From Lingula anatina (taxonomy: Eukaryota > Animalia > Brachiopoda): a DNA stretch of 64,000 bases. Made by a program: the position numbers and the translations under genes. The stretch lies in NCBI GenBank assembly GCA_051362555.1, contig CM120643.1, positions 2,418,001 through 2,482,000 on the forward strand, in the 5' to 3' direction. Under the pieces are notes generated by a model. That model saw nothing but the letters and a program-made list of their open reading frames with translations. It did not search any database and was not told the DNA's origin. Positions 1 to 13,157 of this stretch are shown here, piece after piece. How positions within the stretch are numbered: position 1 is the stretch's first letter; each line of letters opens with the position of its first letter.

Positions 1-638
1 GGAAGTCTACCGTATTTCTTTGGGACCTTCCGCGTTTCAGTGAGGCGACCCATTAGACGAGCTCGGGGTTATTTTAAGGGGCTTCCTTTTCTCTGTATTA
101 ACCTGGGAAAGTGGTGACAGGCTGTGAATTGGATCAACCTGTGATTCTAGTGGCTATGAATTATTCAACAGCAGCTTCGGCTGTTAGTCATGTAGGAAGA
201 AAATCTATGTCGATTTTATTGCCCTCCACAGAGCTCAACGCAATGTTACTCCGCTGACTTGTATGGGCGGAAAACATTTCGACGACATTAAAAGATATAA
301 ATATCAACATAAAGCAACAAGGCGATCCGTGACATTTCTTGCTGTAATACACATCACTCCAGTGTGCTATGATAAGATTAGATGGTAGTACCCATAATTC
401 AAGACGACTGAAGAAGCTTTAAGACTGGCCGATGCTTTTTTTTTTAAATACCTTCATTCTACACGTGAATTCACTATATAAAGGACCTTTTATTGCCATT
501 GTCATCTTTCTTTGTCAAATATCATTTACATGCCTGGTATAAATGCACCAATTTTGTGCACGCAAATGTGGTAAGGCGAGCTGTGTCATGTGCAGCTGCT
601 TGTCGACGAGGTTACTATGGGAAGATGGGGCTCTGCAG

Positions 639-664
639 CCTATTTAGGCTATAACCATATAAGG
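639..664 (+). promoter_or_regulatory. Two tandem CArG boxes (SRF sites) upstream of actin
   Basis: CCTATTTAGG (639-648) and CCATATAAGG (655-664) both match CC(A/T)6GG, 150-175 bp upstream of the actin ATG; E-box CAGCTG at 593-598. Confidence 0.75.
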
Positions 665-798
665 CAATGAAGAAAGCTGCCTTTCTGGGCGTGACAGGCT
701 ATTTCAATAAGCAGGCCACTGGCATCCTCACTATTTGCAACCGATCCCTACTGTACAGAGGTGCTTTTTAAGCTTCAGTTATTTTTTAACTCCGATAA

Positions 799-993
<195 letters not shown>

Positions 994-1150
994 TAAGTAT
1001 AACGGTGAGAGCCACCTGTGCTATGTAAAAAATTGGCCGGCCACGTTGTGTATTATCATCATGGTTGCAGACAGAGTAGATAGTTTTAGAAAACATTTAT
1101 CTTTATAAATAATGATTAAGTAGGAATTCGGCCTAAAGAAAGAACGATTC

Positions 1151-1178
1151 AATAATAATAATAATAATAATAATAATA

Positions 1179-1211
<33 letters not shown>
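1151..1211. repeat. (AAT)n-(ATT)n self-complementary microsatellite
   Basis: AAT run switches directly into its reverse complement. Confidence 0.9.
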
Positions 1212-1627
1212 GACCTTTTAATCCAAGATCTATCAACCTGTATTAATACTAGCAATCAAATAAGATTCAACATTCTTCATCATAACATTCTTCATCAAAC
1301 ACTGAATATATCGGTCCTTGAATGGCTACCTCACTAGATTAATAAGGATGACTAGTCACTCGATTATGAATTATGAATCACAGCATATACATTAATTAAT
1401 ATATTACTGCATATGAATTAAGTGAAATCGTCTGCAGATGCTGACATTTACTGACAGAAATGAAGCATTATTAACGGCAACTATACCATTGAAATAGTCA
1501 TTACACTCAGTATGATCAACTACAATAACTGCTACCTGGGTATATTTATTAATAGATATTAACAGATTCATTGATGGTTTCCAGTATCAACAAGGCGGTG
1601 CAAATCGACAACGCCCCCTTTTTAGTC

Positions 1628-1731
1628 AGGCCCCGCCTTCCACAGCTTTGCCGGGGGGGAGGCCCCGCCTTCCACAGCTTTGCCGGGGGGGGGGGGGGGG
1701 GGGGGGGGGGGGCGGAGGGGGGGGAGGGGGG
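1628..1731. repeat. ~33-bp tandem duplication plus poly-G tract
   Basis: GGCCCCGCCTTCCACAGCTTTGCCGGGGGGG occurs twice, followed by a long G run. Confidence 0.75.
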
Positions 1732-1968
1732 TCGTTTGCTCAGTAAACTGTTTGTTGTTGTGGAGATTTGAATACACAAGAGGCACATACTATCGAATGT
1801 AACAGAGTGACGGGAAATATTTATTGAGACGTGCCTTGATATAAAATGTCATCCAATTTATAGAGACTTAAACTGAGAAAATAGTTCAAATCACACGCAT
1901 TGTGCCACTCGCTGCTTTTATTGCACGTTTGTGTAATAGATAATAGAAATCCTCTCTTTCTCTCTGTC

Positions 1969-2036
<68 letters not shown>

Positions 2037-2859
2037 ACACACACACACACACTGGGGGAGAGAGAGAGAGGGGTGGTAGGCGCACAGTAACTTTCCCCTC
2101 TCTCAGAAACAATTTTGCAGCATGTACACAATGTAAAAAAATAATAACAAGATCCCATCATTCTATGTCCATGAGAACATTACATGCCGAGTCACTTAAA
2201 GGTTAGCAGTATATGCGCCATGCGTCAAATCCTCTAGTTAACGCGACCTTTAGCGACATCAGTACAATGTGCCGGTTGGTCTTTTACAAACCTGTGACCT
2301 ATTTTGCTCGGTTTGCCTTTTATGGGAATATCCTGCAGTAGTAGGCTTGTTGTTGACAATGATGAGCACATTATCCGACAAGCGACATGCCCCTAACCTC
2401 TACAATATAATCCCTGGCGGCATATTAAAGCTAGGTTTGCCATATGCGCGCTAGGTCCACTGAACCATTGTTTTTAACCTTCAGATTAACGTTGCTAAAT
2501 GTTGTATTGCTTTTGTTCTAAATTAACATGTATAAAACCAGTTGTCGCATGTAACTTCTGTCCGTTAGTGGCCCCGCATGGCGGTATTATGACACAGACG
2601 GAAGGCATTTAGTTATAAGAGCTAGGAGCATACATAATGAACTGCTGTGTTAGTGGAGTGATGTGTGTACAACTCGTCGCTTGGTGGATGGGATAGCGGT
2701 TAAGAGGGTGGGCACTGAAATGACAGCCATTGACTGTCGCAGACACTGCACTCCGACCAGCTGTCAGGGGGCTCGGGGCTTTAGGGACGCTCTCTTTCAC
2801 ACACACACACACACACACACGTGCCCGCGCGCTCTCGTTAGCTCTCTCTCTCCCTCCCC

Positions 2860-2898
<39 letters not shown>

Positions 2899-3024
2899 CC
2901 TCTCTCTCTCTCTCTGCCCATAAAGGTTAGCTGAACCGCACCGCCCCCATCTTGTCAAGCCGCTTAATAGACACAAGCATGCAAATTTGAAAATGGTCCG
3001 AGTTTGAAAAACAACTAGAGTCAT

Positions 3025-3793
3025 CTGAGGTGAAACCCATTTCAGGCAGAGATGCTATGCAATTATAACAAATGTGAATTATGTTCGAAAGCCGTGGTAA
3101 TATAAAAATGCCCCTCGGCACCCGTTTAGTGTATTGAGTGCTGAATACGGATCACATTAATAAAATAATGTTATTATTTTTTTCTTTTTTGAAAGTAATA
3201 CCCTTATTAGGTCATAGTATCTATGACCTTATCAAAAATGAATCATTTTTAAGATGAAGAGTAAAAAAAGATAAGTGTTTACAGTAAGTTGTATGACATT
3301 GCACTTGACATTTTATCAAAGTGAGTCACTTAACGGGATGCTAAACAATAGAGGAAGTAAAAATACACATTGTTATCAGGAATTGTGCATACTTACGCTA
3401 AAAAGAAAACGAAAGAGAACACGTTTTCTTTGGAGAAAAAGATACCCTTGTCAGGAATCGTGTATACTTAAGTTAAAAAGAAAACGTTTTTCTCTGGAGA
3501 AGAAAGGCCCTTACGGGATGCTAAACAATAAAGAAAATGGAAATAAAAATTGTTATCAGGAATCGTGCATACTTACGAAAAAACGAAAGAAAAAAAAAAT
3601 ATATATTTTTTTTTTGAGAAAAAAAGATGGCTTTGTAAATTCGTCTATATTTTGAATTTGTATAAACATTTCGTTCCCGGTAAAAAGTTTTCTTTTTCTT
3701 TAAGAAAAAGTTGTTCATTGTCGCAGGCAAGGCAATAAATTGGTATTCTCTTTATGAGTTTGAAAAACTATCCTTTTTTTTATTTAACGCACC
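3025..3793 (+). repeat. ~770-bp repeat, copy 1 (in actin intron)
   Basis: Begins CTGAGGTGAAACCCATTTCAGG; collinear with 6959-7735; internal sub-repeats ACGGGATGCTAAACAATA...TGTTATCAGGAATCGTGCATAC. Confidence 0.9.
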
Positions 3794-4024
3794 GTTGTGA
3801 AAAAATAGTTGATCTGGCAAATGAAATTTAAGGTTGACAAAGGTGTCAGATTTTTAATATTGAAAAAATTTTTTTCCTGAAATATTCAGCCTTATGATAG
3901 ACGTTTTTTCTCGTGGTTTTTATATTAACGTACAATGTTTGTTTACTTGCTTATTCTTCCTCTTAGCAGGATATTAAACAGACGGACATTTAAATATTAA
4001 ATTAAAATATGATCATAGTTATAA

Positions 4025-5050
<1,026 letters not shown>

Positions 5051-5374
5051 ACCGTGAAACCCTGAACCGCTAGAATTCATTCAAAAGACGGAATGACCCC
5101 CCATGCCTCGTTTTAGCTAACCCAAAGAGACACATAGAATAGAGGTGATCAAAACCATATCATTGAGACAATGCTTGAGCTAACGAGCCATGTTTTCTTG
5201 TTGCCATATGAGAGAGGTTGTTTGAAGTTTTCTGTGATTTTTATTTTTTTAACCGAAGCTTAGAAAGGACTGATCGTAGACGCAGCCAGGGTCGTCCAAT
5301 GCAATCTTGCCAGAGAGATAGCTTAAAAACACTTTGCTTTAGAAAAAAAGTAGAAAGATAATTTGCATTTTTAA

Positions 5375-5491
5375 AATAAACGGACAGAGATGTTTTTACT
5401 TTATAAAGACAGTTTTTATTACACATAGAATGTGTTCGTATGTTGTTGTAAAATAAAGTTAATTGTTTTCTTAAGGGAACAAAGTAATAAA
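5375..5491 (+). terminator. Candidate actin polyadenylation signals
   Basis: AATAAA at 5375, 5452 and 5486 downstream of the stop at 5050. Confidence 0.5.
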
Positions 5492-5551
5492 ATTTTGAAA
5501 TGTTTAATAATCTATTCTGTTTTAATGCGTTTAATAATTTATTATGATTAG

Positions 5552-5555
<4 letters not shown>

Positions 5556-5639
<84 letters not shown>
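5556..5639. repeat. (CT)n microsatellite
   Basis: Perfect CT run. Confidence 0.95.
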
Positions 5640-5644
<5 letters not shown>

Positions 5645-5844
5645 ACCACTCTTACTTAAAAGCAGCACTATTTTCCCTAAATGTTGCACGCAGTTAGGAG
5701 TTTTTTTCTTTTCCAAGTCACACAAGCTTACTGTTACTTTCTCTGCCCTCCCTTCACTGAAGGCATAGTCCCAGTTTCATGAAAAAAAACGTAAGACAAT
5801 TCACTGGGTAACATCCTTATTACCAAGGTAACATGCATGCATCT

Positions 5845-6097
5845 CAGGTGCGGATTTCGACGGGGGGGTGGGGGGGGGGGGGGTCAGAACCCCCCCCTTA
5901 CTTCGATTTCTGGTCCCCTCTTGAAATTAAAATTTTGGCAAGCTGAATCATACACATGTAGTTCTAAACCGTACCAAATGGCACCATTCGCCCTCTTAAA
6001 TACCAAAATCTTGGGGTCCTTCAGTGGGGGTTTGGGGGGGGGGAGGGTCGGTCTCGCATCCGCAGACCCCCTTCAAATAATCCTGGATCCGCCCCTG
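5845..6097 (+). mobile_element. MITE family B (CAG-GCGGAT TIR, hAT-like)
   Basis: Ends CAGGTGCGGATTT and TGGATCCGCCCCTG; internal AAACCGTACCAAATGGCAC and CCTTCAAATAATCCTGG shared with 8737-9238 and 44849-45050. Confidence 0.7.
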
Positions 6098-6617
6098 CAC
6101 CGTATCCTATCAGAAGCAGTGTTAGAACACTCTCTTGGACACACGCACACGTCCTAATCAACTAAGGATTTTAAAAAGGTTCTTTGTGAAACGGGGCCTG
6201 CATTGTTAAGACATCGCTATCGCAATATTAGTCCTCTGTCATTTATAGTACATGTATGTGTTTGTGGTTTATTATATGTGTACAGATAAGTAATATTCGT
6301 ATAGGAGTTATTTCCCTTTTTAATCCGACCAACTGCTATTGCTATTTGACATAGAAATTAAGAAAAATTCTCAAATACAGTTTATTGAACAAAATTACTA
6401 AGAGAATATAATTTGAGCAGTGATGACCCGTGATCCTTTTCTTCTCGGCGGATTTTTAAAAGTAATTCTTAAATAATGTTATTTCTTTATGGCCCTTTCT
6501 TCCTGGGCCCTGCTAATTAAACCCTTTTATACTCATTTTTCGAACCAGCCAAAGAGAAGTGCTCAGAGAAATAGCCACATTCTTACCCAATGAAGCCCTT
6601 CTTCTAAGTTACTCTTA

Positions 6618-6831
6618 GACCCCATTCCCAGGGATTAGATCTATCCAACTAGATCGACCTAACTCTATGGGGGTTCACGCTAAATAGCTGTCAGCCGAGC
6701 GGGCACGAAAGTTAATTACCCCCTTACAGCTTGTAGTAGGCTGGATGGACATTTAAGCCGGATTATCTGACAGTAATCTAGTGAGACACCCCAAGGGGAT
6801 AGATCGATCTAAAATCAATGGGAATGCGCCC
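6618..6831 (+). mobile_element. MITE family C (PIF/Harbinger-like)
   Basis: TIR-like ends GACCCCATTCCCA / TGGGAATGCGCCC flanked by TTA/TAA; near-identical internals at 28942-29165 and 39266-39479. Confidence 0.75.
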
Positions 6832-6958
6832 TAAGGTAGCCAGGTGGACATAAACCGACACACTTGGCTACACTTGTTCCCATTTCTAATATGTGATCTA
6901 CATTTTTATCAAAAATAAAGTACCAAGAGTAATTACCAAGACTTGCTTTTTTAGTCCC

Positions 6959-7735
6959 CTGAGGTGAAACCCATTTCAGGTAGAGATGCTATACAATTAT
7001 AACAAATGTGAATTATGTTCGAAAGCCGTGGTAATATAAAAATGCCCCTCGGCACCCGTTGACATGTTGAGTGCTGAAATGGGATCACATTAATTAAATA
7101 ACGTTATAAATTGTTTTTGAAGGTAACACGATTATTAGGTCATAGTATCTATGATCTTATGAGAAATGGATCATTTTTAAGATGAAGAGTAAAAAAATGA
7201 TAAATGTTTACAGTAAGTTGCATGACATTGCACTTGACATTTTATCAAAGTGAGTCACTTAACGGGATGCTAAACAATAGAGGAAGTAAAAATACACATT
7301 GTTATCAGGAATTGTGCATACTTACGTTAATAAGAAAACGAAAGAAAAGTGTTTTGCTTTGGAGAAAAAAGGATGCCCTTACGTAATGCCAAACAGTAAA
7401 GGACATAAAAATGCAAACTGTTATCAGGAATCGTGCATACAATGTTTTTCTTTGGAAAAAAGATGCCCTAACGGGATGCTGAACAATAAAGGAAATGAAA
7501 ATAAAAGTTGTTATCAGAAATCGTGCATACTTACGTTAAAAACGAAAGAAAATCTTCTTTGGAGAAAAAAAGATGGCTTTGAAAATTTGTCTATATTTTG
7601 AATTTGTATAAGCATTTAATGCCCTGTAAAAAGTACTCTTCTTCTTTAAAAAAGGTTGTTCATTGTAGCAGGCAAGGCGATAAATAAGTATAGTGTTTAT
7701 GACTTTGAAAAACTTTCCTTTTTATTTAATGCGCC
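6959..7735 (+). repeat. ~770-bp repeat, copy 2 (downstream of actin)
   Basis: Direct-orientation copy of 3025-3793; the shared spurious ORF start MFTVSCMTLHLTFYQSE appears in both. Confidence 0.9.
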
Positions 7736-8129
7736 AAACCTTTGAAATGATTTGGAATGCTGATTGTGACAGAGAAGATACAAAACACATCAGGTGCAGC
7801 TAATGCAATCAAATGATTTTAAACCTACTTTTGCTTGAGAGACGTCCACATTGAATATTGGCCCCATTTAGTTAACACTGATAATATGAATTTTATGGTT
7901 TTTGTGAAAATTGTGTTTAAAATGGTTCAACTAATGTATAAATATTTATCTAGGCTAATTTCCGCAGCGGAAATAACAAAATAAACAGGAAAAAGTGAAA
8001 CTATAAATAGGTACAGATGAAGGGAAATATGCATTGTAAAAGCATACGTGTGCGCATATGTATGACGTCGTACGCACTCAAGATTAAGTTATCATTCTTT
8101 TATGATGTGGTGATGTGAAGATAAACTTT

Positions 8130-8736
8130 CAGTGGCGGATTTAAAGGGGGGGTCAGGGGGGTCCTGACCAGTGGCGGATTTAAAGGGGGGGAGTCAGGGG
8201 GGTCTTGACCAGTGGCGGATTTAAAGGGGGGGAGTCAGGGGGGTCTTGACCAGTGGCGGATTTAAAGGAGGGGGTCAGGGGGGTCCTGACCAGTAGCGGA
8301 TTTAAAGGGGGGGAGTCAGGGGGGTCTTGACCAGTGGCGGATTTAAAGGAGGGGGTCAGGGGGGTCCTGACCAGTGGCGGATTTAAAGGGGGGGAGTCAG
8401 GGGGGTCTTGACCAGTGGCGGATTTAAAGGAGGGGGTCAGGGGGGTCCTGACCAGTGGCGGATTTAAAGGGGGGGAGTCAGGGGGGTCTTGACCAGTGGC
8501 GGATTTAAAGGAGGGGGTCAGGGGGGTCCTGACCAGTGGCGGATTTAAAGGGGGGGAGTCAGGGGGGTCTTGACCAGTGGCGGATTTAAAGGAGGGGGTC
8601 AGGGGGGTCCTGACCAGTGGCGGATTTAAAGGGGGGGAGTCAGGGGGGTCTTGACCAGTGGCGGATTTAAAGGAGGGTGTCAGGGGGGTCCTGACCAGTG
8701 GCGGATTTAAAGGGGGGGAGTCAGGGGGGTCCTGAC
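8130..8736 (+). repeat. Minisatellite, 15 copies of a 39-41-bp unit derived from a MITE terminus
   Basis: Unit CAGTGGCGGATTTAAAGG(G/A)GGGG(A)GTCAGGGGGGTC(C/T)TGAC; starts at 8130, 8169, 8210, 8251 ... 8696. Confidence 0.95.
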
Positions 8737-8990
8737 CAGTGGCGGATTTAAAGGCGGGCCAGTAGTCCTGAACCCCTTCGGTTTCTGAAAAAAAAATAAC
8801 GATAATATTTTCCTCTTTGAATTAGAATTTTCACTAGCTGATCTATAGTACTAAACCGTACCAGATGGCACAGTTCGCCGTCTAAAATACCACACCGGTA
8901 AGTAAACGTCAACCGGGGTGGGGGTTGGAGTGAAGGTCGGCTTTGCTTCCCCCCCCCCCCCACCTTCAAATAATCCTGGGTCCTCCTCTG
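8737..8990 (+). mobile_element. MITE family B copy nested in another family B copy
   Basis: CAGTGGCGGATTT ... AATCCTGGGTCCTCCTCTG flanked on both sides by GTCCTGAC (8729-8736, 8991-8998), an 8-bp TSD. Confidence 0.75.
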
Positions 8991-9238
8991 GTCCTGACCC
9001 CCTCTTCTGTTTCTGAAAAATATATATCACACCAATATTCCCCTCTTGAAATTGGAATTTTGACTAGCTAAATTATAGTTCTAAACCGTACCAAGGGCAC
9101 TGTTTGCTCCCCAGAAAACCAAAAAAAAACTATTGAGCAGGCCACAAACCCCACACCAAGTGGGCGATGGTCGGCTTCACATCCGAGATCTGTCGTTCCG
9201 GACCCCCCCCCCTTCAAATAATCCTGGATCCGCCCCTG
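8991..9238 (+). mobile_element. Remainder of the outer family B MITE (left end at 8130)
   Basis: Continues the family B body and ends CCTTCAAATAATCCTGGATCCGCCCCTG. Confidence 0.7.
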
Positions 9239-9645
9239 TTAATAGTCTAATTGGTAAATAAGTAAGTCGACAAAATAAATAAAGAGACCAAACGTGTTTT
9301 TCAGTAGTCATACTAGAACCCACCAAACTGTATTCGGTCCTTACAAGTTGCATGTACTTATTCATATTATTCATATGAACCTTGACATTTCATCAAGGGC
9401 CTGGCCACATGAAAGATCCGTTGAAAATCTATATATATATGAGAAATTCAAAATGGTATGATTCATGCACCATTGACGTCTCGTGTCTTTTCTCGAGTTA
9501 TAAACCTAACTTCTGATTCCATGAATGGCGTACGTGGGCTTGATGCTGACAATTTTTAAATTAAAAATTTTAGTCAGCAGGCCATTTCCTCTAACTGAGC
9601 AAAATGTATCGTAGCATGGCAGAAGACCTCATCGATTTTGTGCGC

Positions 9646-9676
<31 letters not shown>

Positions 9677-9729
9677 AAGAAAGACACACAATGCTGCTAT
9701 TTCAGAATAATTTTCACATTGGGGAAACA

Positions 9730-9892
9730 GGTGTAACAGGAATGGAAGTCCTAGGAATGGAAGCCCGGGCACTCATATGATTAGTACAGGTAAGGGTTAA
9801 TTGACGTAATGAAGTATTTTATGGACGACTGTCACCGGTACAAAGAAATGGGGAACGGACTACGGTTCATAGCAGACTCCCATTCCTGTTAC
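9730..9892 (-). mobile_element. MITE family D (TIR GGTGTAACAGGAAT)
   Basis: GGTGTAACAGGAATGG ... CCATTCCTGTTAC; homologous to 26628, 35690, 40444 and 54029. Confidence 0.7.
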
Positions 9893-10055
9893 GGGCTACA
9901 TGTGTAGCATAGTAGGCGCAGTAAAACATTTCCCTAACTGAGCAAAAACGGACTTGTAGAGTATCGTATGTGACATCGAATATTTGCACGACTTAGAGCA
10001 TATGAAGGTATCACCACCGGGTTTATTGAACATTCGTTAACAATTTCAGTAACAA

Positions 10056-10223
10056 CAGGGGCGGATCCAGAGATATTTTCTGACAGTCTTCCAAATTATT
10101 TTTGTTAATCCATCCTCCATTTTTGACCGTCTTCCGACAGAAAATATTAGATACCCGTCATTGTAAACTTTAAAATCTGACCGTCTTCCGGAAGACCCAG
10201 AAGACGGCCTAAATCCGCCCCTG
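10056..10223 (+). mobile_element. MITE family A, 5-bp TSD
   Basis: CAGGGGCGGATCCAG ... TAAATCCGCCCCTG flanked by AACAA/AACAA. Confidence 0.85.
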
Positions 10224-11990
10224 AACAACCTCTCACCTGAAATGAGCTATACCTGATGTTATTTGCATAACAACAAGTTGTTCATCGTAGCGCGAGCTGT
10301 CTTCCCGAATGCTCACTTGGCAGTTAGACAGAGTCGGGTGTAGACGCAACAGTATGTGTGGTGCAGTCAGAAGGTCGAGCTTTTATAAGGCGTGGAAGCA
10401 AATGTATATTTGTGAGTATCACTTTTTCTTCATCAACCACAGCCATTAAATACTAAAGGCGCAAAAGAATGAGAAAAATAGTTACGGCAAATATATATGA
10501 CATGGATTCTTATACTATATTCTCATTGTTACTAGTATGTCACTCAGAATGGTAGAAATTATTGCTTACAGTGCACTGGAACTCCAAATGTTCAGAATAA
10601 ACGGCGCATTCATCGGATTTTTGATGATAACCTATGTTTGCTTGAAATCCTCTCCACTTTAGAACCATCTGTTAGAACATTTTGTGTGCCCCGGCCTTGA
10701 CAATTAATTTTAAATATTTTGACCTAATTTAAAATGTCGTGTGTTTAAATGTAAGTATTACCATGCTTGGCACAGTTCGAAGCTTCTGATCCAAGGATTT
10801 CGTGTGCTCATTGCACAATGATTGACAGATACATATTTTACACAGCCTGTCGTCTCCATTGTGCCGTGTGTTGTCCATCCATTACAGGATTCTCTGTAAA
10901 ATTATCACATATGTGCAATATATTTGTCACAATTTTGGGAGAGAATTTGTAAATGATCTCTTTCTCTGAAATGGGTCAACATGTACTACAACACGTGTTA
11001 TAACTGTTAATATCAAGAGGAATATATTAACGGTCGTAGCAATAACCTCGACCACCCTGCAAATGAAACGGGTTGTGCTATCAGTGTTACTTTTTTAACA
11101 AGAGGCCTCAAATATTTATATCATTAACTAATTCCAGATCATAATTTTGGTTTTACGCTAGCTGAACCTGAACTTGAGACTAGTTAATAAACGTGCACGC
11201 CATTCCATTTATATGTACCCTCTGCCCTGTGATATTACATGCATTATAAGAATGTACAGAGCCTGTCTGTTTAGTTCAAGTTGTAAGCATTGTTTTATCT
11301 TTTCAGGAGCTGAAAGAAATTCTGCACAGCATCCGCCTGAAAGCAACCTATGAAGTCTAGCCTTTGTTTCACACACAGGAACCCACGCTCCTTTGTATAT
11401 CTATTATATGAAAACTCAATAAAACTTTTGTAATTTTTTGGCTTTTTATTTTTCACTATGTTATGAAATTATTATGAAAAGGATAGTAGTAATCATAATG
11501 GAAAATCTGTTATTTTTAGTGTTTGAGGACTTTCAAATTAAATCTGAACGGTAAATAATGCCAATTAATGTTTCTGTGGTTGACGGTTTTCTGTGGTACC
11601 TAAATTTTAAATAGTTGTAAAATGACCAGTATTTTCTAAATAATCCCTCCAAGCTGTTTTAGCGCACTGAAGTAAAATGGTTTCCAACAACCAACATTTC
11701 TTATAGTTCAAATTTATATAAATTTACAATCTTGCTTTTTAAAAAATTATTTGGATATAATATTTTCTTATATAGAGAGGGTCCCATTTTGACGGGTTTT
11801 GGCTTTTGCTATCGTGAATTGCTTCAATTCGGCGGCCTATTTTTAGTATAAATACTTTATTTGATTTTTGAAATATTATATATAATAATGAAAAGGTGGG
11901 ATGATTCTGATTTTAACTGGCCAAAAATTTGATTTCTGAGAGTAAAACGGTACAATTTCAGTTTTTGTTCTCTGCAGCTAATTTCAATTC

Positions 11991-12478
11991 TCGCCCCACC
12001 TGTCACCCCTTTATGTAATAAACTCGCCCCACCTGTCAGCCCTCTAATGCAATGGAATCGCCCCACCTGTCACCCCTCTATTGCAATGGAATCGCCCCAC
12101 CTGTCACCCTTTCATACAATGGACTCGCCCCACCTGTCACCCCTTTATGCAATAAACACGCCCCACCTGTCACCCCTTTTAGCATTAAACTCGCCCCACC
12201 CGTCACCCCTTCTAATGCAATGGACTCGCCCCACCCGTCACCCCTTTTATTCAATGGACTTGCCCCACCCGTCACCCCTTTTATTCAATGGACTCGCCCC
12301 ACCCGTCACCCCTTTTATTCAATGGACTTGCCCCACCCGTCACCCCTTTTATTCAATGGACTTGCCCCGCCCGTCACCCCTTTTATTCAAAGGACTTGCC
12401 CCACCTATCACCCCTCTAATGGAATGGAATGGCCACACAATAACACCTCTTTATTTGGAATGGAGTCGCCCCACCTGA
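11991..12478 (+). repeat. ~33-35-bp minisatellite, about 14 copies
   Basis: Unit approximately ACTCGCCCCACC(T/C)GTCACCCCTTTTATTCAATGG. Confidence 0.9.
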
Positions 12479-13074
12479 CATCAGATGTAACTCCTTGATG
12501 TCATCAAAATAGGATTTACTGACAGAAAAAAAGAATTGTGTTGGATGTGGATGAGAATGGGGAGCATAGAAATACCAGTTTATTATGATTTTGAATTTAA
12601 ATAAATAAAGCTGTAAATAAAAAAAAACAATGACAAAAGGACCTTATCTTGTACAGTGCCATATACAACTTCAGAACTTGGACCTGATAAAATGTTGGAA
12701 TGCAAGTTTTATGTTGGCTGTTGATTTTTCATATGATTAAGTGAATTTAAATAAAATGAAAATTAGAAACCATTTTTTGGTGGTTTTGTGCCCTAAGCGA
12801 CCCCATGCCCAGGGCAAAGCGAATCTTTAATAAAGCTAGAGTTTCTGTCGCTTATCAAACAGATAAGACGTTTTGGTAAGCTTCATTTGTAAGAATATAA
12901 TAAATCTAACAGTATATCTGTGAACCATTATACCTGAATGCTTTTCAGCGGTTTGTGGAAGACAAGAAATAGACGTACATGTATAGTACATTTTGCAAAT
13001 TCTGTAGCCAATCAACCTGCAATTGCCGAGATGAACCTAGGGGCTATAGCAAGCAAATTAAAAAAAAAAAAAAA

Positions 13075-13157
13075 GAGAATCAAATGACCGTCTGTTTATC
13101 TATAGACATATCTGTGGATAACTTGTGAAAAATCAATCTGTCGCCCTGGTAGAGGGT
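13075..13157 (+). repeat. Dispersed repeat fragment
   Basis: GAGAATCAAATGAC...GTGAAAAATCAA...GCCCTGGTAGAGG also at about 32649-32731. Confidence 0.65.

Noticed and set aside
8130-8736. CRISPR-like regular array
   Set aside because: Head-to-tail units with no unique spacers, no cas genes, eukaryotic context
12047-12498. 143-148-aa Pro-rich ORFs
   Set aside because: Translations of the minisatellite
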